From positions 160,001 to 224,000 of the forward strand of contig CAVXTP010000021.1 of NCBI GenBank assembly GCA_963764715.1: 64,000 nt of DNA. The letters are read 5' to 3'. Numbering within the stretch: the first letter of the stretch is position 1; each line of letters opens with the position of its first letter. Under the pieces are notes generated by a model. The model was not told the origin of the DNA. It saw nothing but the letters and a program-made list of their open reading frames with translations, and searched no databases. Both the position numbers and the translations under genes were made by a program. This document shows positions 9,405 through 19,244 of the stretch, in pieces. The DNA comes from an uncultured Acidobacteriota bacterium. Lineage in GTDB: Bacteria; Acidobacteriota; Thermoanaerobaculia; UBA5066; Gp7-AA6.

Positions 9405-10799
9405 GTGACGCCTGCCGAGCTCGCCGACGTCCTGTCCGGGGCGCTGCCGCCGGAGGCGATCCTGTCCGACGTCGAGTCGCTCGACGCGCACGCCCACGAC
9501 GAGACCGAGGACCTCCGGTCCCGCCCGGCGATCGTCGTCGCCCCGCGCTCGGAGGACGAGGTCCGGGCGGTCCTCGCCGCGGCGCACGCGCGGCGCTTCC
9601 CGGTCACGCCCCAGGGCGCGCGCACGGGCCTCTCCGGCGGGGCCCTCCCGTCGCCCGGCGGCGTCGCGCTCGACCTGACCCGGATGAACCGGATCCTCGA
9701 GATCGACCGCGAGAACCTCTACGCCGTCGTCGAGCCCGGCGTCGTCACGCAGGTCCTCCAGGAGGAGGTCGAGCGGCTCGGTCTCTTTTATCCCCCCGAC
9801 CCCTCGTCGCGCGGCTCCTGCACGATCGGCGGCAACGTCGCCGAGAACGCCGGCGGACCGCGCGCCGCCAAGTACGGGACGACCGGCCGCTACGTGGCGG
9901 GCCTGCGGGTGGTGCTGCCGGGGGGCGCGGTCCTCGCGCTCGGCGGGAAGAACCGGAAGGACGTCGCGGGCTACGACCTCGTGCCGCTCTTCGTCGGGAG
10001 CGAGGGGACCCTGGGCGTCGTGACGCAGGCGACGTTGCGCCTCGTGCCGCTCCCGACGCACCGCCGCCTCCTGTGGGCGTCGTTTCGCGAGGAGGGCCAG
10101 GCGCTCGCCGCGGTCACGCGCCTCTACGCGCGGGAGAGCGAGCCGTCGGCCTGCGAGTTCATGGAGCGGCGCGCGGCCGAGGTGTCGGCGGCGTGGCTGT
10201 CGCTCGCGCTTCCGGCCGACGCCGACGCGCACCTCTTCGTCGAGGCCGACGGCTTCGCCGAGGACGCGGTCGCGCGGGACGCCGAGCGGTTCGGCGGGAT
10301 CATGCTGGAGTCGGGCGCGCTCGACGTCCGCGTCGCGATGGCCGAGCGCGAGGTGCGCGATTTCTGGCGGCTGCGCCGCGCCGTCGGCGAGGCGGTGAAG
10401 TCGCTCGGCCCGTACGCCGAGGAGGACTGCACGGTGCCGCGCTCGAAGCTGCCCGTGCTCCTGTCGGCGGTGCGCCGGGTCGCCGCCGCCCACCGGCTCG
10501 ATGCGGTCTGCTACGGGCACGCCGCCGACGGGAACATCCACGTCAACGTGGTCCAGCCGGCCGGCCAACGGGAGCGCTGGCTCGCCGGGCGCGAGCGCGC
10601 GGTCGAGGAGATCTTCCGGGAGGTCGTGGCCCTGGGCGGCACGATCACCGGCGAGCACGGCGTCGGGGTCACGCAGCGCGCCTACCTCGGCCTGCGCCAC
10701 TCGCCGGACGTCGTCGCGGCGATGCGCGGGATCAAGCGCCTGTTCGATCCCGAGGGGATCCTGAACCCCGGTAAGATCTTCGCGGACGTCCACGCATGA
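9405..10799 (+). CDS. FAD-linked oxidase, GlcD / D-lactate dehydrogenase family
   Basis: GARTGLSGG, PPDPSS, TIGGNVAENAGG, GSEGTLG, GHAADGNIH, GEHGVG, LNPGK motifs. Confidence 0.9.
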   Translation: MTPAELADVLSGALPPEAILSDVESLDAHAHDETEDLRSRPAIVVAPRSEDEVRAVLAAAHARRFPVTPQGARTGLSGGALPSPGGVALDLTRMNRILEIDRENLYAVVEPGVVTQVLQEEVERLGLFYPPDPSSRGSCTIGGNVAENAGGPRAAKYGTTGRYVAGLRVVLPGGAVLALGGKNRKDVAGYDLVPLFVGSEGTLGVVTQATLRLVPLPTHRRLLWASFREEGQALAAVTRLYARESEPSACEFMERRAAEVSAAWLSLALPADADAHLFVEADGFAEDAVARDAERFGGIMLESGALDVRVAMAEREVRDFWRLRRAVGEAVKSLGPYAEEDCTVPRSKLPVLLSAVRRVAAAHRLDAVCYGHAADGNIHVNVVQPAGQRERWLAGRERAVEEIFREVVALGGTITGEHGVGVTQRAYLGLRHSPDVVAAMRGIKRLFDPEGILNPGKIFADVHA

Positions 10800-11209
10800 T
10801 CCGCCTCTCGCGCACGATCCACTTCAACGCGGGCCGCAGCCTCTGGCGCGCGGACTGGCCGCGCGAGCGCAACCTCGCCGTCTACGGAGACGAGGGGCCC
10901 CACGGGTACGGCCACAACTACGAGCTCGAGGTCGCGGTCGAAGGCGCGGTCGATCCCGAGACGGCGATGGTCGTCAACCTGACGGACCTCGACCGGATCC
11001 TCAAGGAGGAGGTCGACCGCCCGCTCGACCACCGACAGCTCAACCGCGACGTGCCCGCGTTCGCCTCGACCCCGCCGACGGCGGAGAACGTCGCCGCGTG
11101 GATCTGGAAGCGTGTGGGCGAGCGCATCGTGCGCGAGAAGTGGCCGTGCCGGATCGTCCACCTGCGCCTGCGCCTGACGCCGCATTTCGCGGTCGAGATC
11201 GAGGCCTGA
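10796..11209 (+). CDS. 6-pyruvoyl-tetrahydropterin synthase / QueD-fold protein, apparently with a degenerate active site
   Basis: GHNYELEV, LDH, PTAENVA T-fold motifs; ATGA coupling to the upstream gene. Confidence 0.8.
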   Translation: MIRLSRTIHFNAGRSLWRADWPRERNLAVYGDEGPHGYGHNYELEVAVEGAVDPETAMVVNLTDLDRILKEEVDRPLDHRQLNRDVPAFASTPPTAENVAAWIWKRVGERIVREKWPCRIVHLRLRLTPHFAVEIEA

Positions 11210-11211
11210 CG

Positions 11212-12198
11212 ATGGCCGGGCCCGTCCTCGTCGTGGGCGCCACGGGCCAGCTCGGGACGGCCGTCGTCGACCGCCTGGCGAAGGCGGGGGTGCGTGTGCG
11301 CGCGCTCGTGCGCCCGACCTCCCCCCGGGAGTTCCGGGCGGAAGGCGTCGAGCTCGCCTTCGGCGACCTGCGGGAGCCGGAGAGCCTCGTGGCCGCGTGC
11401 CAGGGGATGTCGACCGTCGTCGCCACGGCCAATGCCGTCGTGCCGCGCGCCCCCGGGACGTTCGACGAGGTCGAGGACACGGGCTACTCCAACCTGCTCG
11501 ACGCGTGCCGGGCGGAAGACGTGAAGCGAATCATCTTCATGTCCGTCGTGGAGACGCCCCTCGACAAGAGCGTCACGACGTTCCGCCTGAAGCGCCGGAC
11601 CGAGGAGAAGATCCAGGGGAGCGGCCTGGCCTACTCGATCTTCCGCGGCGACTTCTTCATGGACGACTGGTTCGCGCTGATGGGCTCGAGGCTTCCGCTG
11701 CGGGGCGCGCCGGCGGCGACGCTGAAACGGCCCTTCTGGTTCGCGAAGGGGTTCATGGCCGTGGCCGGCTCATCGATCGACCGGCGCGGGATCGCTCTCG
11801 TGCCGGGAAACGGAACGACGCGACACACCCCGGTCGCGCTCGACGACGTCGCCGCGATCCTGTCCGCGGCGGCCGCGGCGCCCGAGACCGGCGAGAACCT
11901 TCTCGAGAACCTCGGCGGGCCGGAGATCCTGTCGTGGCACGACATCGTGGCGATCTTCTCGCGCGTGCTCGGAAAGCCCCTCAAGATGATCCATACGCCG
12001 GCGAAGGTCTACCGCGTCGCCGCCGACGTGCTCGAGGCGCTGTCGCCCCCGGCCGGCAACCTCATGGCCATGAGCTGGGCCTCGGCCTCGTGCGACACGG
12101 CGTTCGACGGAAAGCCCCTCGCGGAGCGCTTCGGCGTCCGCCTCACGAGCGCGGAGGAATTCCTGCGCGCGAAAGCGGCGCTGCCGCCCGAAGCCTGA
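11212..12198 (+). CDS. NAD(P)-binding NmrA / atypical SDR family protein
   Basis: Start MAGPVLVVGATGQLG (Rossmann GxxGxxG); VRALVR, GDL. Confidence 0.85.
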   Translation: MAGPVLVVGATGQLGTAVVDRLAKAGVRVRALVRPTSPREFRAEGVELAFGDLREPESLVAACQGMSTVVATANAVVPRAPGTFDEVEDTGYSNLLDACRAEDVKRIIFMSVVETPLDKSVTTFRLKRRTEEKIQGSGLAYSIFRGDFFMDDWFALMGSRLPLRGAPAATLKRPFWFAKGFMAVAGSSIDRRGIALVPGNGTTRHTPVALDDVAAILSAAAAAPETGENLLENLGGPEILSWHDIVAIFSRVLGKPLKMIHTPAKVYRVAADVLEALSPPAGNLMAMSWASASCDTAFDGKPLAERFGVRLTSAEEFLRAKAALPPEA

Positions 12199-12200
12199 GC

Positions 12201-12953
12201 GTGTTCATCCTCGGCCTCGTCCTCTCGGCCGGCATCGGCCTGTCCCTGGGCCTGATCGGCGGGGGCGGCTCGATCATCACGGTGCCCGTGCTGGTCTACG
12301 TCCTGGGCGTGCCGCCGCACCGCGCGATCGGCATGTCGCTCGCCGTGGTGGGATCGACCGCGCTCGTGGGTGCGCTGCTTCATCACCGCAAAGGCTCCGT
12401 GGCCTGGCGGACGGGGACGCTCTTCGCCGCGAGCGGAATCGTCAGCGCCTACCTCGGCTCGAAGCTCACGCGGCTGGTGTCGTCCCCGGCGCTCATGCTG
12501 CTCTTCGCGGGGCTGATGCTCGTCGTCGCGACCGTGATGCTCATCCGCCGGAATCCGGGCGCCGACTCTCCCGCGCATGCGGTCAATCTTCCGCGCGCGG
12601 CGCTGGCGGGGCTGGGGGTCGGGTTCCTGACGGGGTTCCTGGGAGTCGGCGGCGGGTTCCTGATCGTGCCGGCGCTCGTCGTGTTCGGCGGGCTCGGCAT
12701 GAAGGCGGCGATCGGAACCTCCCTGTTCGTGATCGCGGTCAACTGCGCGGCCGGGCTCGTCGGCCATCTGGCGACGGGCGACTTCGACGTCCGACTGACG
12801 GTCGTGGTCACGGCGCTGGCGGTCGGCGGCGCGCTCGTGGGAACCTCGCTGTCGCACCGGTTCCATCCCTCGGGCCTGCGCCGGATCTTCGCCTGGTTCG
12901 TCGTCGCGGTGGCGCTGTATCTGGTGGTCCGGAACTACAATGCGGTCTTTTGA
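12201..12953 (+). CDS. Sulfite exporter TauE/SafE family membrane protein
   Basis: GLIGGGGSIITVP and GFLGVGGGFLIVP repeats; highly hydrophobic; GTG start 2 nt after the upstream stop. Confidence 0.9.
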   Translation: MFILGLVLSAGIGLSLGLIGGGGSIITVPVLVYVLGVPPHRAIGMSLAVVGSTALVGALLHHRKGSVAWRTGTLFAASGIVSAYLGSKLTRLVSSPALMLLFAGLMLVVATVMLIRRNPGADSPAHAVNLPRAALAGLGVGFLTGFLGVGGGFLIVPALVVFGGLGMKAAIGTSLFVIAVNCAAGLVGHLATGDFDVRLTVVVTALAVGGALVGTSLSHRFHPSGLRRIFAWFVVAVALYLVVRNYNAVF

Positions 12954-13028
12954 AGCGGCCGCTCGACGCGGCCGAGGGCAGAGATCGAAAGCGATGAGGC
13001 GATGAGCGTCGCGACCGAAAAGGCTTCC

Positions 13029-14438
13029 ATGCACTTCGAGCAGTTCTATCTGGGCTGCCTCGCGCAGGCCTCGTACCTGATCGGGTCGGACGGCGAGGCC
13101 GCGATCGTCGATCCTCGACGCGACGTCGACGTCTACATCGAGGCGGCGAAAGCGCGCGGCCTGCAGATCCGGCACGTCATCGAGACGCACCTCCACGCGG
13201 ACTTCGTGTCGGGGCACCGAGAGCTCGCCGGGAAGACGGGCGCGAAGATCTACTTCGGAGCCCGGGCGCAGGCGGCGTTCCCGCACGTGGCGGTCCGGGA
13301 CGGCGACGAGATCCGGATGGGAAACGTCACGCTCCGGTTTCTCGAGACTCCCGGCCACACCCCCGAGTCCGTGTCCGTGCTCGTCACGGACCGTTCGCGC
13401 TCCGAGATCCCCGAGGCCGTGCTGACCGGCGACACGCTCTTCATCGGCGACGTCGGGCGGCCGGACCTCCTGGGCGCCCGGATGAGCGCCGAGGAGCTCG
13501 CCGGCATGCTCTACGACTCGCTGCACCGGAAGCTGCTGACCCTGCCGGACTCCGTCAAGGTCTACCCGGCGCACGGGGCCGGCTCGCTCTGCGGCCGCAA
13601 CATCTCGAACGAGACCAGCTCGACGATCGGCGACCAGCGCCGCTTCAACTGGGCCCTGCGCCCGATGCCTCGCGAGGAGTTCGTCCGCCTCCTGACGACG
13701 GACCTGCCGGAGGCGCCGGCCTACTTCTCGCGCGATGCGGCCCTGAACCGCGAGGGGCCGAGGCCGCTCGCGGAGCTGCCTCCCGTCCCCGAGCTCTCGC
13801 CCGCCGAGGTCGAGACGGCGCTCGGCGCGGGGGCCGTCCTCCTGGACACCCGCGGCTCGGCCGAGTACGGCGCCGGGCACGTCCCGGGATCGATCCACAT
13901 GGGGCTCTCCGGGCAGTTCGCGTCCTGGGCCGGCACGCTGCTGTCGCCGCAGTCGCCGGTCGTGCTCGTGGGCGAGGACCCCGAGCGGATCGACGAGGCC
14001 CGCCTGCGCCTGGCGCGGGTGGGGCTCGAGTCGGTCGCCGGCCAGCTTTCGGGCGGCGTCGAGGCCTGGCAGGCCTCGGGTCGGCCGCTCGCCCGCACCG
14101 AGCAGATCGACGTCGACGAGCTGCGCGAGCGCCTGCGCGAAGACCCGACGCTCCGGGTCGTCGACGTGCGCCGCCTGCCCGAGTGGAACGGGGGTCACAT
14201 CGCCGGGGCTCGCTCGATGCCCCTCCACCAGCTCGCGGAGCTCGCGCCGGCGCTCGACCGGTCCGGGCCGGTCGCTGCGATCTGCGCCGGCGGGTACCGG
14301 TCGTCGACCGCGACGAGCGTGCTCGAGCGGCTGGGGTTCCCGCACGTCATCAACGTCGTCGGCGGCATGGGCGCCTGGGCGGCGGCGAAGTACGGGATGG
14401 AAACCTCTGAACCAGCGAACGTCAGCAGTCAGCAGTAA
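13029..14438 (+). CDS. MBL-fold persulfide dioxygenase-like hydrolase fused to two rhodanese domains
   Basis: ETHLHADFVSG, TPGHTPES, TGDTLF, PAHGAGSLCG; C-terminal rhodanese CAGGYRS; alternative start 13002. Confidence 0.9.
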   Translation: MHFEQFYLGCLAQASYLIGSDGEAAIVDPRRDVDVYIEAAKARGLQIRHVIETHLHADFVSGHRELAGKTGAKIYFGARAQAAFPHVAVRDGDEIRMGNVTLRFLETPGHTPESVSVLVTDRSRSEIPEAVLTGDTLFIGDVGRPDLLGARMSAEELAGMLYDSLHRKLLTLPDSVKVYPAHGAGSLCGRNISNETSSTIGDQRRFNWALRPMPREEFVRLLTTDLPEAPAYFSRDAALNREGPRPLAELPPVPELSPAEVETALGAGAVLLDTRGSAEYGAGHVPGSIHMGLSGQFASWAGTLLSPQSPVVLVGEDPERIDEARLRLARVGLESVAGQLSGGVEAWQASGRPLARTEQIDVDELRERLREDPTLRVVDVRRLPEWNGGHIAGARSMPLHQLAELAPALDRSGPVAAICAGGYRSSTATSVLERLGFPHVINVVGGMGAWAAAKYGMETSEPANVSSQQ

Positions 14439-14450
14439 GCAGGAGGCGGG

Positions 14451-15881
14451 ATGCGGCAATTCATCATGGCCGTCGCGGTGATGGCGGTGGCCGGCCTGGG
14501 GCTCGGCGAGGAAAAGAAGGGCGGCGGCTACTGGGACGCCAAGAAGTCCGCGTGGCTCGGGCTGACGGCGGCCCAGAAGGACCAGACCTTCAAGTTCGCC
14601 GACGACTACAAGCGATACCTCGACGTCGCGCGGACGGCCGAGCTCTCGACCCGCGAAGTGGCCCGGCTCGCGAAGGCCGCCGGGTTCACGGAGTTCAAGG
14701 ACGCGTCGCAGGTGAAGGCGGGCGCGAAGCTCATCGTGACCGCCCGCGACCGCGCGATCATCCTCGCCGTCATCGGCTCGGACTCCCTGCTCTCGGGCAG
14801 CCGGCTCGTCGGCACGCACCACGACAGCCCGCACATCGACCTGAAGGCGAGGCCGTTCGAGTCCGCGGGCGGCGGATTCGCCCTCTTCAACACGATCTAC
14901 TACGGCGGCATCAAGAAATACCAGTGGGCGAACCGGCCGCTCGCGCTCGTCGGGCGCATCGACACGGCCGACGGAAAGCGGGTCGAGGTTTCGATCGGAC
15001 TCAAGGACGGCGACCCCGTCTTCGTCATCGCCGACAACGCCCCGCATTCGGACAAGCCCCTGCGCGACCGGAAATACAACGAGGTGATCTCGGGCGAGGA
15101 GCTCGATCCGGTCGCCGGCAGCATTCCGGGGCCCGACTCCTCCGTCGTCGACCAGGTCGTGGCGGCGATGACGTCGACCTACGGGGTGCGCGAAGAGGAT
15201 TTCGCGTCGGCGGAGCTCTCGCTCGTCCCCGCGGCGCGTCCGGCCGACGTGGGGCTCGACCGGGGGCTCGTGGGCGCCTCGGGGCAGGACGACCGGTTGT
15301 CGTCGTACTGCGCGGTACGCGCGATCCTGGACCTCTCCGGGACGCCGAAGAAGACCGCCCTCGCGTACCTCTCCAACTTCGAGGAGGTCGGCTCCGTCAA
15401 CAACTCCGGCGCGGCGTCGCAGTTCTACAACACGACGCTCGCGAAGCTCGTCGCCGCCGAGCGCGGCGCGAAGTACACGGACCTCGACCTGCGGGAGGCG
15501 CTGCGCCGTTCCGAGGTCATCTCCGCCGACGTCAACGACGGCATCAACCCGATCTTTCCGCAGACGAGCGAGGCCACCAACGCCGCGCGCCTCGGCTGGG
15601 GCGTGACCATCAAGCGCTACGGCGCCGGCTTCGACGCGAACTCCGAGTTCGCCGCGCGGATCCGCGGGATCATGGAAAAGAACGGGATCGCGTGGCAGAC
15701 CCAGACGCCCAAGGTCGACGGCTACTCCGGCGGAACGATCGGCGGGTTCCTCTCGGCGTGGGACATGGAGGTCATCGACCTCGGCGTGCCCCTCCTGTCC
15801 ATGCACTCGACCTTCGAGATGTCGTCGAAGGTCGACGTCTGGAGCTTCTACCGGTTCATGGCCGCGTTTTACGGTTCGTAA
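14451..15881 (+). CDS. M18 family aminopeptidase with signal peptide
   Basis: HHDSP, YYGGIKKYQW, GQDDR, EEVGS, GGTIG, SMHS motifs; GGAGG RBS. Confidence 0.85.
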   Translation: MRQFIMAVAVMAVAGLGLGEEKKGGGYWDAKKSAWLGLTAAQKDQTFKFADDYKRYLDVARTAELSTREVARLAKAAGFTEFKDASQVKAGAKLIVTARDRAIILAVIGSDSLLSGSRLVGTHHDSPHIDLKARPFESAGGGFALFNTIYYGGIKKYQWANRPLALVGRIDTADGKRVEVSIGLKDGDPVFVIADNAPHSDKPLRDRKYNEVISGEELDPVAGSIPGPDSSVVDQVVAAMTSTYGVREEDFASAELSLVPAARPADVGLDRGLVGASGQDDRLSSYCAVRAILDLSGTPKKTALAYLSNFEEVGSVNNSGAASQFYNTTLAKLVAAERGAKYTDLDLREALRRSEVISADVNDGINPIFPQTSEATNAARLGWGVTIKRYGAGFDANSEFAARIRGIMEKNGIAWQTQTPKVDGYSGGTIGGFLSAWDMEVIDLGVPLLSMHSTFEMSSKVDVWSFYRFMAAFYGS

Positions 15882-15917
15882 GGCGGGCGGCGTAGAAGCT
15901 CGAGGAGGCCCCCGGTC

Positions 15918-16009
15918 GTAGGGGCGGGGCTTGTCCCCGCCCACGCCGGAGCTTCTGCCGCGGTCACCGATGTTTCGGCGGGACGGGCGCCCGCAAGGGG
16001 CGCCCCTAC
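15918..16009. repeat. Inverted doublet of GTAG-type REPs (REPIN-like)
   Basis: GTAGGGGCGGGGCTTGTCCCCGCCC (15918-15942) and GGGCGCCCGCAAGGGGCGCCCCTAC (15985-16009), facing each other between convergent genes. Confidence 0.75.
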
Positions 16010-16704
16010 GTACCGGGCCGCGGCGAGAGAGTCGCGAGCAACTGGGCGTGGTCCGGGTGCAGCGGCGCCGCCGCGTCGATCGAGAGCTCCGCGATGACGA
16101 CGCGCTCGGCGTGCAGCATGGGGCGGGCCGCCCCGGCGAGCGCCTGCCGGTGCCCTCGTCCGCGCACCCCGTGCCAGCGCGTCGCCCCGCCGTAGAGGTC
16201 GTCGCCGACGATCGGATGCCCGTGGGCTGCGAGGTGGACTCGAATCTGGTGCGTGCGGCCCGTCTCTGGAAAAAGGCGCAGGTCGGCGACCGAGGGGAGA
16301 CGCGCCAGGGTCTCGTAGCGGGTGAGGGCGGCCTTGCCGTCGTGCCGGACCTTCATCTTCCGGCCGTCCCTGGGGTCCTGTCCGAGGGGATCGTCGTAGG
16401 TGCCCCGGGCCGGCGTGGGATGTCCCCAGGCGAGGGCCCGATAGGTCTTGCGCGCGCCGCGGGACTGGAAAGCCCGGGAGAGCGCGCGGTGCGCCTGGTC
16501 GTTCTTCGCGAGAAGCACGACCCCCGAGGTGCCGACGTCGAGCCGGTGGACGAGCAGGAGCGGCTCCGCGGGGTCCTCGCCGCAGGCTTCGAGCAGCCGT
16601 GCGACGGCCTGCGCCGCCGACTTGTCCTCCCTCGCCGAGGTCGCCATCGAGACGCCGGGCGGTTTGTCGAGCGCGACGGCGAGCTCGTTCTCGAAGAGCC
16701 TCAA
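16006..16704 (-). CDS. RluA family pseudouridine synthase
   Basis: DKPPG, HRLDVGTSG, TGRTHQIRVH, GDDLYG, LHA; probable TTG start in TTGA overlap with the upstream stop. Confidence 0.9.
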   Translation of the reverse strand: MRLFENELAVALDKPPGVSMATSAREDKSAAQAVARLLEACGEDPAEPLLLVHRLDVGTSGVVLLAKNDQAHRALSRAFQSRGARKTYRALAWGHPTPARGTYDDPLGQDPRDGRKMKVRHDGKAALTRYETLARLPSVADLRLFPETGRTHQIRVHLAAHGHPIVGDDLYGGATRWHGVRGRGHRQALAGAARPMLHAERVVIAELSIDAAAPLHPDHAQLLATLSPRPGT

Positions 16705-17615
16705 CGGGCCTGGAACCGGTCGTACACCATGCGTGAAAGCTCGGCCCCGAGCCGGAAGGTGTCGTTGTCGGCGCTCGCGCGCTTGTCCTTGATCCTCCGC
16801 GCGCAGATGGCGATGACGAAGCGCGCCTTCGGTCCCTTGACGTACGCGGCGTCGTTGCGGACGTCGCCCCGGAAGCCCTTCGCGTCGGGGTTCTTCTCCT
16901 CGTCCCAGCCGGTCTTGTTGGCGACGAGGATCTCGTCCGTCTCGAAGGGGAGAGATCGCGGGATCATGGCCCGGTCCTGCTGGGTCGCGAGCAGCGCGAT
17001 CATCTCGTCGCAGGCGGAGCGCGACACGACCCTGCCCTGCGCGATCAGCTCCATCAGCGTCGCGGCCTCCCGCGGCGTCGTCGAGCCCAGGCCGAACTCC
17101 TTCTCCTCCTCCGGCAGAACGTCGGCGCGGCCGTCGCGGAAAGTGGGCCGGTAGAGGCGCGTCTTCGTCAGGCCGAGTGAGTCGAGCAGCGCGTCGACGT
17201 TCGCCGTCCCGACCATTCCCACGAGGAGGTTCGTGGCCGTGTTGTCGCTGTAGGCGATCATGAACTTCAGGAGATCCGAGACCGTGAGCACCGTCCCGTC
17301 GTGGAGCATGTTGAGGGGAATCGTCTCGTCGCCGACCTTGTCGGAGTCGTGGAGCGTGACCGGCGTTTTCTTGCCGAACTTGCCCGCCTCGATCTGCCGG
17401 AAGACCTCGGCCATGACGGCGACCTTGATGAGGCTCGCCGTGGGGAACCGCTGGTCGGCGTTGACCGCGACCACTTCGCCCGTTTCGAGGTTCTTCGCGT
17501 AGAGGCCCATTTCGCCCTGGAAGGTCTTGATCTTCGCGGCGAGCGCCGCGTCGAGAGCACTGGGGGCCGGCGCGGCGGCGGCGACCGCGAACCAAAAGAG
17601 CGCGGCGGCGATCAT
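16701..17615 (-). CDS. Secreted serine hydrolase, class A beta-lactamase-like fold
   Basis: Signal peptide; SxxK (SLIK), SDN and KTG motifs. Confidence 0.85.
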   Translation of the reverse strand: MIAAALFWFAVAAAAPAPSALDAALAAKIKTFQGEMGLYAKNLETGEVVAVNADQRFPTASLIKVAVMAEVFRQIEAGKFGKKTPVTLHDSDKVGDETIPLNMLHDGTVLTVSDLLKFMIAYSDNTATNLLVGMVGTANVDALLDSLGLTKTRLYRPTFRDGRADVLPEEEKEFGLGSTTPREAATLMELIAQGRVVSRSACDEMIALLATQQDRAMIPRSLPFETDEILVANKTGWDEEKNPDAKGFRGDVRNDAAYVKGPKARFVIAICARRIKDKRASADNDTFRLGAELSRMVYDRFQAR

Positions 17616-17684
17616 CGAGCGCCGATGCTATCCCGCCCGGCTTCGGCGCGATAAGCTTCGCGGCGCACTTCGAGAGGAAAAATC

Positions 17685-19226
17685 ATGAAGCGAATCATTG
17701 CGGCCTCGATCCTCGTCTGCGCCCTGGCCGTGTCGGCTCTCGGCCAGGAGAAGCCCGCGGACAAGCCCGCGCCGCCCCCGGACGCCGCGAAGAAGGAGCC
17801 GCCGAAGGCCGAGCAGTCCGTCACGCAGCACACGGCCGTCATCGGCGGCGTTCCGGTGGCGTTCACGGCGACGGCCGGCACGCTCATCGTTCCGAACGCC
17901 AAGGACGAGCCGTGGGCGAGCATGGGATACGTGGCCTACGTGCGAAAAGACGCCGGAGCGGCCGCGCGCCGTCCGATCGCGTTCTGCTACAACGGCGGAC
18001 CCGGCTCGTCGTCGATCTGGCTCCACATGGGGGCGCTCGGCCCGCGCCGTGTCGTGGTCGCGGACGCCGCGCCCACGCCGCCGCCGCCGTACCAGGTCGT
18101 CGACAACGCCTACAGCCTGCTCGACAAGGTCGACATCGTGATGATCGATCCGGTCGGCACGGGTCTCTCGAAGCCCGTCGGCGACTTCAAGAACCAGGAC
18201 TTCTGGGGCGTGGATCCCGACATCGAGTCGATCGCGCGCTTCATCAAGCAGTACGTGTCGGACAACGGCCGCTGGAACTCGCCCAAGTACCTGATCGGCG
18301 AGAGCTACGGAACGACGCGCTCGCCCGGAATCGTCGATTGGCTCCAGAGCCGGGGCGGGATGGCTTTCAACGGCGTCGTCCTGATCTCGCTCGCGACGGA
18401 TCTCGGCGCGATCTTCGCCATGCCCGGCAACGACCAGCCCTATCCGCTCATCCTTCCGAGCTACGCGGCGACGTCCTGGTACCACAAGGCGCTGCCGAAC
18501 CCGCCCAAAGACCTCGAGCCCTGGCTGACGGAGGTCCGCCGCTTCGCCGCGGTCGACTACCCGGCGGCGCTCGCCGAGGGCGACCGTCTGACCGACGACC
18601 GGCGCGCGGCGGTCGCGAAGACGCTCCACGAATACACGGGGCTCTCGGAGGAGTACCTGAAACTGGCGAATCTGCGCGTGTCCGAGAGCGAGTACACGCA
18701 GGAGCTCCTCCGGCAGAAGGGCATCACGATCGGCCGTCTCGACTCGCGGTTCGTGGGCCCGACGTTCGATCCCCTCGCGAAGGAGACGGAGAACGACCCG
18801 CAGTCCAACTCGATCACCGGCGCGTACACGGCCGCCTTTCTCGACTGGTACCACGACGGCCTGAAGTTCGGCGTCGGCAAGAACTACGTCGTGACGGCCG
18901 AGGCCTGGCGGACCTGGGACTTCAAGCACGCGGTGCCCGGACTGCCGTTCCCCTCGCCGACGCTGACGAACACCAACGGCGACCTCGGGCGCGCGATGGC
19001 CTTCAATCCGAACCTGCGCGTCCTCGCTCTCAACGGCCAGTTCGACCTCGCGACGCCCTTCTTCGCGAGCGAGTACATGATGGCGCACGTCTCGTCCCAG
19101 AAGGACGTCAAGGCCCGCATCGAGATGAAGTACTACCCGGCCGGCCACATGATGTACGTCAACGAGGCGTCACTGAAGGCGATGAAAGCCGACATGGCGG
19201 ACTTCATCGGGCGGACTTCGAAGTAG
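17685..19226 (+). CDS. Secreted S10 family serine carboxypeptidase
   Basis: Signal peptide; NGGPGSSS, DPVGTG, GESYG, GHMMY. Confidence 0.92.
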   Translation: MKRIIAASILVCALAVSALGQEKPADKPAPPPDAAKKEPPKAEQSVTQHTAVIGGVPVAFTATAGTLIVPNAKDEPWASMGYVAYVRKDAGAAARRPIAFCYNGGPGSSSIWLHMGALGPRRVVVADAAPTPPPPYQVVDNAYSLLDKVDIVMIDPVGTGLSKPVGDFKNQDFWGVDPDIESIARFIKQYVSDNGRWNSPKYLIGESYGTTRSPGIVDWLQSRGGMAFNGVVLISLATDLGAIFAMPGNDQPYPLILPSYAATSWYHKALPNPPKDLEPWLTEVRRFAAVDYPAALAEGDRLTDDRRAAVAKTLHEYTGLSEEYLKLANLRVSESEYTQELLRQKGITIGRLDSRFVGPTFDPLAKETENDPQSNSITGAYTAAFLDWYHDGLKFGVGKNYVVTAEAWRTWDFKHAVPGLPFPSPTLTNTNGDLGRAMAFNPNLRVLALNGQFDLATPFFASEYMMAHVSSQKDVKARIEMKYYPAGHMMYVNEASLKAMKADMADFIGRTSK

Positions 19227-19244
19227 CTCGACGGAGACTGCGCC

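Noticed and set aside
12009-15944. 1311-aa minus-strand ORF and other long antisense or alternate-frame ORFs (e.g. 37034-40837, 31744-35088, 31827-35219, 44854-47361)
   Set aside because: Shadow ORFs of well-supported genes in high-GC DNA; Arg/Pro/Gly-rich with no recognisable motifs.
16701-17615. Bona fide class A beta-lactamase resistance gene
   Set aside because: SxxK/SDN/KTG present, but no clear omega-loop E166-x-x-L-N motif; safer to call it a beta-lactamase-fold serine hydrolase.
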